A DNA stretch of 64,000 nucleotides from Cycas panzhihuaensis. Its lineage: Eukaryota; Plantae; Cycadophyta. The position numbers and the translations under genes were made by a program. Positions 45,232 through 60,067 of the stretch are shown here, in pieces; the first letter of the stretch is position 1; each line of letters begins with the position of its first letter. The stretch spans positions 250,239,741 to 250,303,740 of the forward strand of contig CM041465.1 in NCBI GenBank assembly GCA_023213395.1, read 5' to 3'. The notes below the pieces were generated by a model. That model was given only the letters and a program-made list of their open reading frames with translations, was not told the DNA's origin and did no database searches.

Positions 45232-48200
45232 ATTGTTGACAGATCTCTCTAGAGCAACATCCAACCTTGACTGTCCTATCCGTTATTATCGATTACACTC
45301 TATAGGAGTGTCTAACTATATTGACTACTGGTGTATCTAATTTTGTTGATTGATATCTCAACCAACAAACTATCGATAGTCTTATCCTACTTAAACAATG
45401 AGTAAACTAATAACTTCTCTTATGTGTATGTTTGTTACAATTACAACTTCTCCTAACCAATGTTAATTTTACTATTATTAACTTTTGTGAACTATACAAT
45501 AAAGAATCATCAACATCTATGCTCAAACCTTTCACTTATGACATAAACTAATTAATTGACTAAACAACTACTTCACTGATAGCTCCAAGAATAAATGTGA
45601 ACCTGTAGAATAGATCTAACACTAGGAAAACACCCAAGATGTAAATAAAACCATCATTATATTACCATGTCAGCTCTTTTAGTTGTTGGAAAAGATCAAT
45701 CCTCAATAAAGGGTTGAACTAACATTACCTCACAACTTATGATCTGATCAATATGCCCAACTTTGCCTACTTGTCTACAACCATTAACTTTGATACCATG
45801 TTAGAAATCATACTCTAGCACCCACTCAAATATCTTATAAGAAATTAAGAAGAAACACATGCCTGATACCATTTAAAGAATTACAGATAAATAGAGATTG
45901 TGTATGTATATAATAAGCACGAAAAGAATTAAGAAAATAACAAAATATACTTAGGAAACCCTTTCAAGAAAAAAAACACACCACTAAAAATATGTCAATT
46001 AAATTGATATGGATTAACCCACTATTCGACATCATCAAGCATAATGAACTTGGATCCCCTTATGTAAATCCATGAGTATTAGATTTGTCGACTCATATTA
46101 ATTTTATAATAATAAACTACACATAATATCTATCACATATAATATGTCATAACAACCTCATGGTTATACATCACATCATACCACATGTGGTATATTAAAC
46201 ATTATGTAGTCCAGTGTATAATGACCACTCTTAACACTTTGCAATTGCTAGTTCTATATGAAGTGTTTCTTATATATGGTTCATTAGCTGAACAAAACAA
46301 TAATCAAACAACACTAGCTATTAGGCCAATATATTACATAAGCGTAGCATAAATCTATCTTACCTCTTACATATGATAAAACTTGTGTGTTACCTCTATT
46401 GATGCTTTTACACACATATTTTATAGCTTTCATTTGGAAACTAATTAATCTTATCAACAAACTAAATTAAATAAACTAACTATAGGAATAAGGTGTATCC
46501 CCTAGCCAAGTCAAGTTATTCGTAATTAGGCAATATAGAAAATGTATTTCCATACATCTTACTATACATTGTACGTTAGACTTTTCATTAATAAATATAT
46601 ATTAATTAGACTCCTCAATACTTGATGTTGGTACCAAAACTCAACATATGAGACTTCTTCATATCTCATAATAGATAGAAATAACTCAACTATTCTCATA
46701 ACCAAACCTTCATCAAACAATAGCCCGTTTTCTAAAATAAATCTAAAATAGGTGGTAATTTCTTATCATCAACAAATCAAGTGATCTTACTAACTTTACA
46801 TGTTAAATTTTATTTGATTAATATTATAATCACTATATCAAATGTGATAAATATCTAAGGGGGGTTTTCATCATTATGTCTAGCATGTCTTATGATTCAA
46901 TATCAAATAAGTTCCCATATCTTTAATTTGAGCCTTAAAATATCATAAATGAGCCTTAAATATGTCATTTCTTGTAAAATTTAAATTCTTTCTTATTATT
47001 AATCACCCATTTGTATTAAAATGTAGTCATGAGCTTTCGAAATCTTTAAAAAATATCAAATTATATCTCAAACTACTAAAAAATTATAATATTTATCTTA
47101 TCAAAATTAACTTGCTAAACTTTACTAATTAAAACCTTAATGATCCAGTCTTCGAAATATGCCTTATGACCAATCATTTTAACCATCTTTGAATGCTCTT
47201 TCTAACAAATTTGACAACTCAAAAATTAGACTTTATATGGAAATGTTATAATTTAAAAACTAACAATATGTCCTTAAAAAATAAAAATGATCTTTAAATT
47301 ACCTTTAACACCTTTATCATTAAGCACTTGGTCACTTGATCTTCTTCATGTGAACACTTTGTTTCATAAAAGAGGCTTGGATAGACTTCAAGCAATTACC
47401 CAAAGTAAATAAATAACACCAAAACTTTTCAAAATTAAATATACATACCAAAATAAATTCGTCATTGAAAATTTTTGCCTATGTAATTTTTTAGTGACTA
47501 GTCAAGGGATTTTTTTGTAAATCGATTTGTTTCAGGAATTACACTGCCATTGCTTTTAGATCTGAGCTATACTTTTGCAATTTAATCCTTTATATATATT
47601 AGGGTTCTTGATTGTTTGCATGCAAACTTCATATATAAGCATGGGCATTTTTTTTCTTTTTTTTAATGGCTCTTCACAAGAAATCTAACTTAGGCTGTTG
47701 GAAAACCTTCATTAATGGCATGCTATGCATAAATCCATGGGTATCTATAATTTGAAGGGCATTTCTTCATAAATTTTCTAGGTCAACTTGCTCTTTGGTT
47801 GTGCTACGATCATCATCTATAGTCATGAAACATGGGCCTTTTATTTTTTTTATCATCGGTTCTTGAATAAGAAAATTCACTCAAGTATAGACTTGCAAGG
47901 AGCATTATTTTCCCACTGGCTATGAGAATGGATTGGAATGTCTTCTATATTTTTTACTTTGTTAGAATCTTTATCAAATAGTTCTCTTACATTGTGAGCT
48001 TACAAATGGGTGCCTATTCTTCTTTAATAACCATAAACAAACATAGTTGTTTAATTTAAGGTTTATGCAATAGACAATGACTCTCCACATCAATCAAATC
48101 AAGTTTGTCAAACACTTTTTTACCATTCCATGGGAGGTCTTCAAAACCAGTCATATTAATCTCTTGATGAGGCATCCAAATACATGTCACTATAAAACTT

Positions 48201-49071
48201 ATGTGCAAAAATTTTTCCCCACACTTGAAATTTTTTTTGTAAACTAAATAAATTTCTCAATCATGCTCAACATGGATACTTCAAACTTGACCTAAATATT
48301 TCACCTTGGTGCTATAATAAAGCTGCTCAATCAAAATAATAACATGGGTGAAACACTCATTCAAACGTTAACTTTGATGCCATAATATAAACTATTTTAG
48401 TATAAACATTAAACCTAGTCAAATCCTAATTTTATTCATCATACCTTTTTCATGTTTACATAGCAATACAATACCCATTCTTGTTTTTTAATAATACAAC
48501 AAAGGTAAAACCTTCTTCACTTACATCATGCATATACACTTCTTATCTATAAATCCTTGTAACAACTTCTTTCAATTAGATTTTATTACCCAATATAAAC
48601 ATACTTTTCTTATCAACAAGTGAATGGATGGATTCATTTTCTTACCATATGTTTGATTGATTCACTATCACAATTATGAGTTTTGACAAAATGGGCAATC
48701 TTACAAAAACTCAATTATGTCCATAGGGGCCAACCTATATTAGTAAACTCAACTAACAATAGTTTCCTTATATTTCAACATCATTGATGGAATTGTTAAG
48801 CCTGCATGCAATATATACTAGTGCACCACATGCTTAATAAACATGTCTATATAAATTGCTTACCATAAGAGATTTTATCTTCTATTCAAACTTAACATCT
48901 TCATCAACTTGCCCTAAGACCTCAATCATATGTCTTTGGCATAACTAGCTCAAAATGACTCTTATTAGCTTAAAAAAATAGCTAAAAGACTGGCTTTATC
49001 AAACTATATTTTGTTACAAAATTTTCACAAGTCTTTATAGTATCTTTCACAACCTTAGAGCTCTAATACCA

Positions 49072-49590
49072 TATTAGAAATTTTGAATACTTTGATACCA
49101 TATTAAATTATTTAAATGTATAGTGGAAGCACTAATATATAATATTAGAATTAAAATAATAGATTAATAAAACATAAATTAATCATGAGGAATATGTATA
49201 TAAACTATAAGATATCATCAACATATAATAATATCAAACATTATCAAATTTTATCAAAGATTATCAAACATTACTACTAAAGACACTAAGATTTATCCGT
49301 GGAAAACCCAAAAGGAAAAAACCATAGGAGAAGGTTTGGAGTATTACTACTCTTTATTAAATCTCTAAATGAATTAATCTCTACTCTCCTTTCTCAAGTT
49401 CTTAAGTGGTATATGTATATATTTATATCATGATGAGCCTATTATATATTAGAGCCTTTTCATCTTCTGATAGGAAGGTACACAAATAATTACACTTTTC
49501 TCATAATTTAATAATACTTTATGATTCTTTGTATAGGTCCACAATATTATATTAAACATTAGATATTTAAAAACTTTAAGTATTCTAACA
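49072..49590 (-). repeat. Family X LTR copy 2 (shared middle LTR)
   Basis: Flanked by a PBS on one side and a PPT (ttcccccttaa) on the other. Confidence 0.92.
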
Positions 49591-52500
49591 TTCCCCCTTA
49601 ATATTTAACGTTTTATAATCTATAATCTTCAATCTTCACAACTTTTGTCTACATGTTAGAATTTGTAATCTTATACTAAAATCTGTAATAAAATTGAATC
49701 ACCTATAACTTGCAAATCATTTAGAAATTTATCTTGATTATGCTTATCTTCTACAAGTAGATTTTGTCAACAATGTATCATATCAACTGTAATCAATCCA
49801 TAACCAAATATATAAAATTAACCACTTATGAAAACCTATAAACCATTATCAATCAACCAATAAATAAATATAATTCATAACTCTTAACTTTGTCATGATA
49901 TATGAAGTCTTTTGCTTATCAACTTTAAATCTTCACTTGTAAAGTTATAACAATCAACATTATCATATCAAAATCTTATGAACCAATTGATTACTGTTGC
50001 CTATATAAAACAATAATCATCTACTTAAATAGATGGGTAACTAATCTCTAAAATCACCAAGCTCTATAAGAAGTATTTTTTATATGCGGTTTATTATATG
50101 AGTAAAACAATAATTAAATAACACTAATTATTAAGCCAATATGTTGTACAAGAGTAGTATAAATCTGTCTTACCTCTTATATATGAGAAAACATGTGTGT
50201 TGCCTCTATCGATACTTCTGCATCTATCTTGTATAGCTTTAATTAAAAAACTAATTAATATCATTAATAAATTGAACTAAATTAATTGAACAAATAACTC
50301 TAAGAATAGCACACATCACCTGTCCAAGTCAAGTTAGACATAATAAGTATATTTCCATGCTTCTTGTTATATATGGTATATCAAAATTTTCACTAATAAA
50401 CACATATCAATTAGACTCCTCGATAACTAATTTTGGTGTCAGAACTCAATATACGAGATTTCTCCATATCTCATAACAAGTGGAAGTAACTTAACCATTC
50501 TCATAACCAAACTTTTATTAAACAACATGCCCTTCTTTGAAATAAATCTAAAATAGGTGGTGCTTTCTTATCATCAACAAATTAATTGATCTTATCAACT
50601 TTCCATATCAAATTTTATTTGATTAGTATTGTAATCACTATATCAAATGTGATAAATATCTAAGGGAAAATTTTATCATCATGTCTAGTATGTTTTATGA
50701 TTCAATATCAAATAGGTTTCCACATCTTTAATTTAAGCCTTAAAATATTGTAAATGAACCTTAGATATATCACTTTTTATCAAATTTGAATTCTCTTTTA
50801 TCATTAATCATCTATTTATTCAAAATTTTCAAAAAGTTACAACTTTTATCATGTAAAAATCAACTTGCTAAACTTTACAAATTAAAACCTTAATGATTCA
50901 ATCTTTGAAATATGCCTTATGATCACTCGTTTTAATCATCTCTGAATACTTTTTCTAACAAATCTAATGACTTAAAAATTGGACTTCATATAAAAAAATT
51001 ATGATAAAAAAACTGGCAATATGTCCTTGAAAAATAAAAACAATGTTTAAATTATCTTTAACACCTTTACCATTATGCACTTGATCACTTAATATTCTTT
51101 ATGTAATCACTCGACTTCATAAAAGGGGTGTGGGCAAACTTCAAGTAATTACCCAATCTAATTAAATCACACCAAAACTTTCCAAAATTAAATATGAATA
51201 CCAAAATAAGACCATCATTGAAAATTTCTACTTATATAAATTTTTAATAACTAGTAAAGGGATTTATCTACAGATCGATCTCTTTTAGTGATTTGAATGC
51301 CATTATTTTTAGATCTGAGTTATATTACTACATTTTAATCTTTTGTATATGTTTGGGCTATTGACTCTCTACATGCGAACTTTATATACGAGCATGGGCT
51401 ATTTTTTTTTCCCTTTTTCTCATGGCTCTTTGCAAGAAATCTGACATGGGTTGCATTGTAAAACCTCGTTTGGTGGCATGCTATATGAAAATCCATGGGC
51501 ATTTATAATTTGAGGGAACTTCTTCATAAATTTGCTAGGGTAATTTGCTCTTTAATTATGCTATAATCATTATCTATAGTCACAAAGTGCATGCCCTTTC
51601 TTTTTTTTATCTTTGGCACTTGAATAAGTGAATTTACTCAAGTATAGACTTGCCTAGAGCATCATCTTCCCAATGCTTATGAGGATGGCTTGGAATGCCT
51701 TCTTTGGTTTTTTTACTTATCAAAATCTTCATCAAATAGTTCTCTTGCATGGCAAACTTATAAATGCGTGATTATTCTTCTTCAATGACTGTAGATAAGC
51801 AGAGCCATTTAATTTAAGATTTCTACAGTAGATAACAACTCAAGACATCAATCAAATCAAGTCTACTAAACACTTTCTCACCATTCCACTAGAGGTCTTC
51901 AAAACCCTGTCATATTTCTCTCTTGATATAGTGTCCAAATACATGTTATTATTAACTTATATGTAAAAATTATGCCACATGCTTTAAAATTTTCATGCAA
52001 ACCAAATAAATTTATTAATCATGCTTAACATGGATATTTTAAAATTGACTTAAATATTTCACCTTCATGCCATGATAAAGCTCAATCAAAATAGTAACAT
52101 GGGTAAAATACACGTTCCAACCCTAACTTTGGTGCCATAATATAAACCTTTTTATCATAAGTAGTAAACTTGGTAAAACCTTAATTTTATTCATTATACG
52201 CTCTTCATGTTTGTATAATAACACAACATCCATTATTGCTTTTTAATAATACAACAAAGATAAAACCCTCTTTACCAATATCATGTATATATGCTTCTCA
52301 TTTATAAATCCTCGTAATGACTTCTTTTAAACATATTTTTTTTCCCAATATAAACATACATTTCTTATCAATAAGTGAATAGATGGATTCATCTTCTTAT
52401 CACATGCTTGACTAATTCACTATTATAATTGTAACTTTTAGTGAAATAGGTAGTCTCACAAAAACTCAATCATGTCTACATGGGGCCAACTTATATCAGT

Positions 52501-52826
52501 GAACTCAACTAGTAATAGTTTCCTTATATTTCATCATCATTAGTGGACTTATTAAACTTGCATGCTATGTATACTAGTACACCACACCCTTAATAAACAT
52601 ATTTACATAAATTACTTACCATAAGAGATTTCATCTTCTATTTAAACTTAAGACATCCATCAACTTACCCCAAGATCTTGATCATAAGTCTTTGGTATAA
52701 CTAGCTTAAAATGACTCTTACTGGGTCAAGAAAGTGGCTAAATACTGGCTCTATTAAACTGCATTATGCTATAAAATTTTCACAAGTCTCCATAGTATCT
52801 TTCACAACCTCGAAGCTTTAATACTG

Positions 52827-53319
52827 TATTAGAAATTTTGAATACTTTGATACCATATAGTAAAAGCACTAATATATGATATTAAAATTATAACAATAGA
52901 TCAATGAAACATAATGATGAATCATGAGGAATATGTATATAAATTATAAGATAACATCAACATATACCAATATCAAACATTATCAAACATTACCACTAGA
53001 GACACCAAGATTTATACATGAGAAACCCAAGAGGGAAAAACCACTAGAGAAGGTTTGGAGCATTATTCCTCTTTATTAGATCTCCAAAAGAATTAATCTC
53101 CAGTCTCCTTTCTCAAGTTATTAAGTGGTATGCATATATATTCATATGTATAATCATCTCATGATAAGCCTATTATATATGAGAGACTTTTCATCTTTTA
53201 ATAGGAAGCTACATGAATAATTATACTTTTCTCATAATTTAATAATACTTTATGATGCCTTGTTTGAGTCTACAACATTACATTAAACATTATATTTGAA
53301 AACTTCAAATATTCTAATA
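52827..53319 (-). repeat. Family X LTR copy 3 (5' LTR)
   Basis: tattagaaattttgaatactttgatacca...atattctaata, followed by TSD gatat. Confidence 0.9.
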
Positions 53320-53370
53320 GATATAAGTTATTTTACTTTCTTAATCTATTCATAAGCAACTAAAATTTAT

Positions 53371-53372
<2 letters not shown>

Positions 53373-53410
<38 letters not shown>
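53373..53410. repeat. (AT)19 microsatellite
   Basis: Perfect AT run. Confidence 0.95.
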
Positions 53411-53412
<2 letters not shown>

Positions 53413-55543
53413 CAAAAAATAACATAGAAGTGCTACATGTAATTGCTATTAATTGATATATCCCAAAAAAATAGACACTTTAATATATTTATGTCTAAAA
53501 TGGACTCCAAATTAAACATAAAAGGCCTTGGAACCCTATGAACCATGTGATTAAAGCTTACAAGTTGGGGGCTCTACTATAGACCTCAAAATTTATTAAT
53601 TTAAATTTATTATCCTTCTAACTTTGTAACATAAGAAAAATAGAATATTCTTAGAGAATGCTCCCTCCAAGCACATGGGTGATTATTTCCTCTTCACTAA
53701 AAAAACATTTTTACTTGCAATTTTGGGTGTTTTTTCCTTATCTTTTTATTGTAATATCAAGGTTGATGAATGTGCATGTCTTTACATGTAATTTCACTTA
53801 GGAAAATGGTCCATGCATGCAAAAAACTACTCTCCTTCTTCGTTGAATTAGTCATTTGATATTAGGCATCAATTTAAGGGATTTTGAGCTCAAACTTTAT
53901 ATATTGTAGCTAGGTTGAGTCCTCCTTTTATGGTCATAGTATTTTCACTATGTTTTATAGAGATATGATAAAGATTTTTCACTTTGTTTAGGCACCTTTT
54001 AGTTGCCATTGAAGGTTTTCTCCATGAAGGTTGATTAAATACCTTTGGGCCTCTTCCTCTCTAAGATTGATTGCCATGAATGGTGTCTCAACATTAGAAA
54101 TACCAATTATTGGTTGTATAATGGATTCTCCATGGAGTGGCATCTAAATAGCAATGTATTTTCCACATTAGGGTGAATGCCTCCATGACATTTCTATAGT
54201 CCAAAGCCATTTCACTCAGTGATGGAGGGTGTTTTCAATCTCCTTTACTTGAGACTTCCATACAATGATGATTTAATGTAGTTTTCATGGGCTATGGCTC
54301 ACCCAAACTCCCAATAGCAGTAAGAACACCTCAATGACTCTTATCTTTGAGTTACCCAATCATCACCTAAAGAAGGAGTTTGGTTAGTATTTTGAGAGAC
54401 TTAAATTATCAAAATTTTAGGTTATACATTTGGTAATATTCCTTGAAATATTCGAAATATCATTTGAGCCTCTTTTTTAAGTTTTTTAAAGCAATCATCT
54501 TTTAATATCAAGTTACACTTTGATACCAACATCCATGCCTATTTATTAAAAATATTATAGGTTTTATATACCTATATAATGGTTTGTCCTACTTTATAAA
54601 TAATGGTAGTCATTCACTTGATTTTTAGTAGCTCAACACCTTCCCCAATGGGCGTTCATCAATGGTTGCTTATGCCATTAAAAGACCTCTAATTTCCCTT
54701 TCAAACATAGTTAAAACTCAATACTTTTTATTAGATTTTTAAGACATCTATTTTCTCAATTTATAGTTCCATATTAAGCCTAAAAACTAGCTACATGTAG
54801 GTGTCTTTTATCCCTTTTCACTCTTTTTTTAGTTCAGTTTTACCGTAGAAACTTATTATCCAAATGCTCATCATATGATTTGCTTTTGCAATAATTTTAA
54901 GGGTTTAAACTTGCATGCAAATCAGTTGGGTTCATGTTTATTTGTACATAGTTTTTAATACCATTTGCATGTGATTTATAAGTTGTTTATGTAGGGGTTT
55001 CATACATGTATATATTGTTAGAAATGAAGATATAACTAGACTAAAATCAACTATAAACAAGAGTAGTTGACATACAAGAAATTGCACATAATGATTACAA
55101 GAAAATATTCTTGTATAAAATCACTAAAGAGTATAACTTAATCTACTCTCATAAGCCTCAATCAACCAATTCGATCAACTAAAGAGATAAAGACTACTCC
55201 TCATTTTAATGAGAGTGCAAGTAAAGAATAAGGCTAACAAAAGCTACAAAGTAAGGAAACAACACAAAGTATCTCATGTATGATCTCACATGCATGGGGA
55301 GAAGAATAATAATATACCTCTCAATGGAATCTACCAAATATGTCATGGTTATCCACTTGAAGAAAAGAATGTAAATAATACAACATGAAGTATACTTCAT
55401 TTCTAACACTCCCTCATAATATATAATTCCCTATCTCTCATAAATAAGAGCCTCTTGAGCCTCTCAAATCTCTCATAACTCAAAATGCTAGTGAGAATAT
55501 TTATAAGTTGATTCTCTATTAGGTAATACACTAACTTAATTAT

Positions 55544-57642
55544 TGTTATATAATTAATCCCGTAACCAATTCAAGATAGAGAAATATGAAGAGAAATAAG
55601 AGAATTAAGATAAAGAAGAAGGTAACATCATATTATTATATCATTATATCATATTATCATATCACATCTCTCTTTATAATAGAGTAGGGTATATATAACA
55701 CTCACCCCTATATTATTATACTCCTACATTTATGTCAACCAATCCTATTAATCTTCATATGATGGAGGGTCATAACCCTCTCTAACATATGGTTTAGTCT
55801 CACTACATGCCCTCTCTCCTTAGATGCTTTGCCCTCAAAGCATCCTGATACATAGATACATGTGACCACCTCTTGCTATCAGTATCCAACTGATAGGTCC
55901 ATTGAAGGTTGTCCAAAAATCTATGCATAGAATATGAATCTATCTATCCCAAGTAGATCTTTATATGTCCATAATCTTTATGACCTTATAACCTTAAGCT
56001 TGAATAATATGTATGCCTGGGATACTTAGTTTATGAGGGCTTTATATAATATGTGTGTTGGTGTTAAGTCTCCTAATAATATGTGTGTCAATAAGGTCTC
56101 ACATTGGTATATGTTACAACTTGTGGTGAGTGGCACTCTTCTTTTTCTTTGGCTATAACTGGCAGTGTGGAATGATATATAGCTTCTGTTACTTGCTCCT
56201 AATGTCCCTTTTCTCCTTCGTCATCTTTCTTTTACTCTTGACTTTGAGGAGTAGGGAGAATTCCTTGTTCTACCTTTTAATTATACTCCCCAAGTATTTT
56301 ACAAACTTCTTATTTGTCTTGCTCAAGGCTTTTCATCTCTTACCACTAAGAATTATTATAGTTTCTTTTGAGAGCTATTAATAGTAAAAAAAATATCACA
56401 CTAAATTGATAAGTTTTATTATAGCACTCTTTAAACCAATGGTAAGCCTCTCATTGTAGATACAATGAGGCTACTTTAATCATCTCTTTATTTCTCCTAT
56501 AGTCAGCATCAAGTGAATTTAAATATGTATGCATAAATATAACCTAGTCATCTGAAGAAAGAATCCCATCTCCATTAAATGTATAAGGCATAAGCCTTTT
56601 TGTATCTATGATAATATGAATGTATAAGAGATTATGGGGTGTCTATAGCCAATTATCCCCTAATTTTAATATAAGAATAAATATTAGGCCTTAAGAGAAA
56701 TGGTGTTATAACCAAATCCTAAACAACCAAGAAAGTATAATATGAAACCCTTAAATTTAAAATTTTAACTCTAAAAAAATATATAACTTAAGAGTACATA
56801 AAATATAAATTAAAATCATAGCTGATAAAATACAATTCTAATAGTTTAGACAGAATTAAATTCTGACATTTGGATCAAAAGTTATAACCATTTAAAAAAA
56901 TTTGTTACTAGGATTTTTTAGGACTGTAATAGTACCTACTAATAAAATGATAATAGTTTTCTACTCTGACCTCTAATTGACATCAAACCACTTCCATTAG
57001 AAAGTAAATTAAAAAATACATAGAATAAAAAAAAACTTGAGATCATGTGGATACCTATAGCCAATGTTATGGCTCTTTGAAGTTAAGATTACAAATCTGT
57101 CTAAAAAATATAGTGACAAAAAAGTAGGCTGAAATTCAATTTGCTATAGTTTCTATAAAGTTTCACCAAAACTAACACTATAACCACTCAAAATTTATGG
57201 ATTGGGCCTTTTTGTCTTAAATTTTCTATTGACGTTTTAAAAATCTTTTGTTTTTTCTCCCAATAAGTAGAACTTACATATGGCAAAAACCCTTAAAAAA
57301 AAAAAAAACTCTATTTTAGCACTTGTAAAAAAATAGATTGCTAGTTCTTAAATGGATAAGAAAGAACTCTTATACCACTTGTTATATGACTAATCCTATA
57401 ACCAAATTACGATAAATAAATATAAAGAGAAATAAAAGAATTAAGATAAAGAAGAAGGTAATATCATATCATATCATATCATTATATCATATTATCATAT
57501 TATATCTCTCTTTATAATAGAGTGGGGTATATATAACACTCACCCCTATATTATTATATTCCTACTTTTATGACAACCAACCCCATTACTCATATGATGG
57601 AGGGTCATATCCCTCTTTAACATGTGATGTAGGCTCACCATA
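55544..57642 (-). mobile_element. Small non-autonomous gypsy derivative (2.1 kb, gag remnant only)
   Basis: LTRs 55544-55807 and 57380-57642; TSD attat/attac; PBS complement actcttatacca 57366-57377 with a 2-nt spacer; PPT complement tgccctctctcctt 55808-55821; gag remnant EMIKVASLYLQ*EAYHWF (~56435-56490). Confidence 0.85.
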
Positions 57643-59494
57643 ATTACTCTACTTTGCACTTACTCTTGAATAAAATGATTATGCACTTTTATATATTTTG
57701 TCCTAATGTGGATGACAGAATTCTTCAATAATTAGATTACACCTTAATTGTTGCAAAATAATAAAGTGGGATCATTTTGTAAAAGTTCAAAGTGTCATAG
57801 TAATCTCCTAAGCCAAATTACCTTGCATGTAGTTATAACTATAACTTTATACTCTGCCTCTATAGAAGACAAGGAGATAGTTGCATGCTTCTTTCTACAC
57901 TAAGAAATCATACTAGAACTAGATGCAAATACATATCCTAAAGTAGACCTCTAATCATCAACATCTCTAGCCTAATATGAGTTAATATATCCATGCACTT
58001 TAAATTCATCAACTCTAGAAAATAAGATTCCAAATCTAATAGTGCCCTTGATATACTTCAGTATGCACTTTGTTATCTTCTAATGAGAGATGGATGGAGC
58101 ACTTATATAACAAGTTACAACACTAATAACATAACTAATATCAAGCCTAATGTTAGTGAAATAAATAATGCTACCCACTAACTTCCTATACAAAGTGCCA
58201 TCAATGGTCCTATCATCTACCTCCTTAATCAATTTGAGGCCAACTTCTATAGGAGCAGTCATTGGCTTGCAATCCTCCATTTAGAACTGTCTTAACAAAC
58301 TATATATATACTTGGATTGAGATTCAAAAATGTTGTCTCCATTCTATCAAAACCCCATGCCATGATAGTAGTACAAAATGTTAAGGATAGACATCTTAAA
58401 GGCTTTAGAAAAATGTCTCTTAAAATAGTTGATTTATAAGGTGTTATTACCTATAATAATGAGATCATCTACATAGAGAATTATAAACAGTATCCTATTT
58501 TTTATATATAAGCTATGATATGATTTATACCTAGTGAATCTAGAAGAGATGAAATACTCATGAATGCATAAATACCACATCCTTAATGCCTGCTTAAGCC
58601 CATATAAGGCTTTCTTAAACTTACATATAAGATGCTCACCTTCAACCTATACAAAGTCTTTAGGCTACTATACAAAAACCTCCTCATCAAGAATGCCATC
58701 AAGAAATATACTCTTAACACCCATTTAGTGAAGCTGCCAACCAAAATGGGATGCAAGAATAATAAGCATTCAAATAATAGTCATCTTAACTACAAGTGCA
58801 AAAGTCTCCTTAAAGTCCACACCTTTGGTCTATGCATAGCCCTTAGCCATAAGTTAAGCCTTGTATTGGTCAATGTTACCATTAGAATCATACTTCACTT
58901 TGTATACCCATTAATAACTAATGACTTTCTTCTCTAAAAGAAGCTAACCAAGATCCCACATGTCATTCTTCAGAATGGAGCCATATTCCTCCTATATAGT
59001 TATTTTCCAATGGGGTGCATCCTTAGTTTTAACAAATAACTCAGACTCATTAGTGGTTTAAACATTGACATCAAGGCAAAGTTAACTCTTCTTCAAATTT
59101 GAACATCTATACTAGTGTTAATGTCACCAACCTTGGAATCTTTCAATGTATAAGTATACTACTTAGGTAAGTTTTTAGGAGTAGAGGAAGAAGGAATGTC
59201 TAACTTTCTTCACTTTGTTCTTCAATATCTCACTTTTCTTATTTACTTTTAGCATCTACATTTATAATTAGGATTATTCCCCTATGATATTCATTAAAAA
59301 GAACATGGCTACTAATTACAATCTTCCTCTTTAAGGAATCCCAAAGTTTAGATGCCTTGGCTAACTCACTATACCTAACAATAATACATCTATGATTTTT
59401 TTCATTAAGCTTTTGCCTCTTTACATGAGGTATATGACTAAAATTAATACAACCAAAGACACAAAGATTACAAACAAATGGTTTTCTTTATGAT

Positions 59495-60067
59495 TGATGT
59501 GAGAGCATCTAGACCATCATCATAACTCTATCTATTATTCACTTTTTTAGTTATTTTACTCTAAATTTTAGGGTTTATTAATTAAAGCATAAATTTTTAC
59601 CCGGTGGTCAGAATTCAGTCATTCTAATGCCAAATTGAAGGTCTATCAAAGAAGAATAGGTGAAAATGACCTAGGATAGGGCCAAAGGCCCAAAAGTTTG
59701 CCTGCTAAAAAATACTCTAAAAATACCTAAAAATTAAGATTTATTTTATATATATAAAAATAGTAGTTAATTTTAGATTAGTTTTTATTTTTATGTAATG
59801 ACTCTTAATGGTATAGCTTTTCTTAGTAGGAATTAACTTAGAAACATGGAATTATATAATATTTTACATAATTGAGGAGTTTTTAGAATTAGGGTTAGAA
59901 GTTTCTAGACTTCCTACTTTTACTTATATAAATGTAAATTTAGACTGTCTTTTGGTAGATTTGATTGGAATTCAAAGTAAAATTACTCTCTATATTCTTT
60001 GGCTCTTTCTTGTTTTTAGGTTTATGTATATAAGATAGAATCTTTTCCTTGTAGGCTACCCTTATCA
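59495..60067 (+). repeat. Solo LTR (573 bp) inside the copia integrase
   Basis: Termini tgat...atca, TSD atgat/atgac, TATA-like ttatataaat ~59925; the host frame ETWS/RKPFV rejoins on removal. Confidence 0.85.

Larger units (their letters stand above)
34184..46236 (-). mobile_element. Full-length degenerate Ty1/copia element, relative of the 9053 element, nested in family X unit 1
   Basis: LTRs 34184-34619 and 45799-46236; PBS complement actttgatacca 45787-45798; PPT complement tccccccttaa 34620; TSD cttta/ctttg. ORFs: RH 34822-35136, RT 35653-35835 (LYVDDF), INT 36776-36976, gag 38180-38524 (similar to 10935-11297). Confidence 0.94.
33181..53319 (-). mobile_element. Tandem non-autonomous LTR element with three LTRs and two internal units (family X)
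   Basis: LTRs 33181-33701, 49072-49590, 52827-53319. PBS complements 49060-49071 (gctctaatacca) and 52815-52826. PPT complements at 33702 and 49591. Internal units (33702-34183 + 46242-49071) and 49591-52826 are co-linear. Outer TSD gatct/gatat. Confidence 0.9.

Noticed and set aside
53700-54560. Possible LINE ORF1 or DNA transposase remnant
   Set aside because: Only a weak WLYNGFSMEW resemblance; no ORF or diagnostic motif. Needs blastx.
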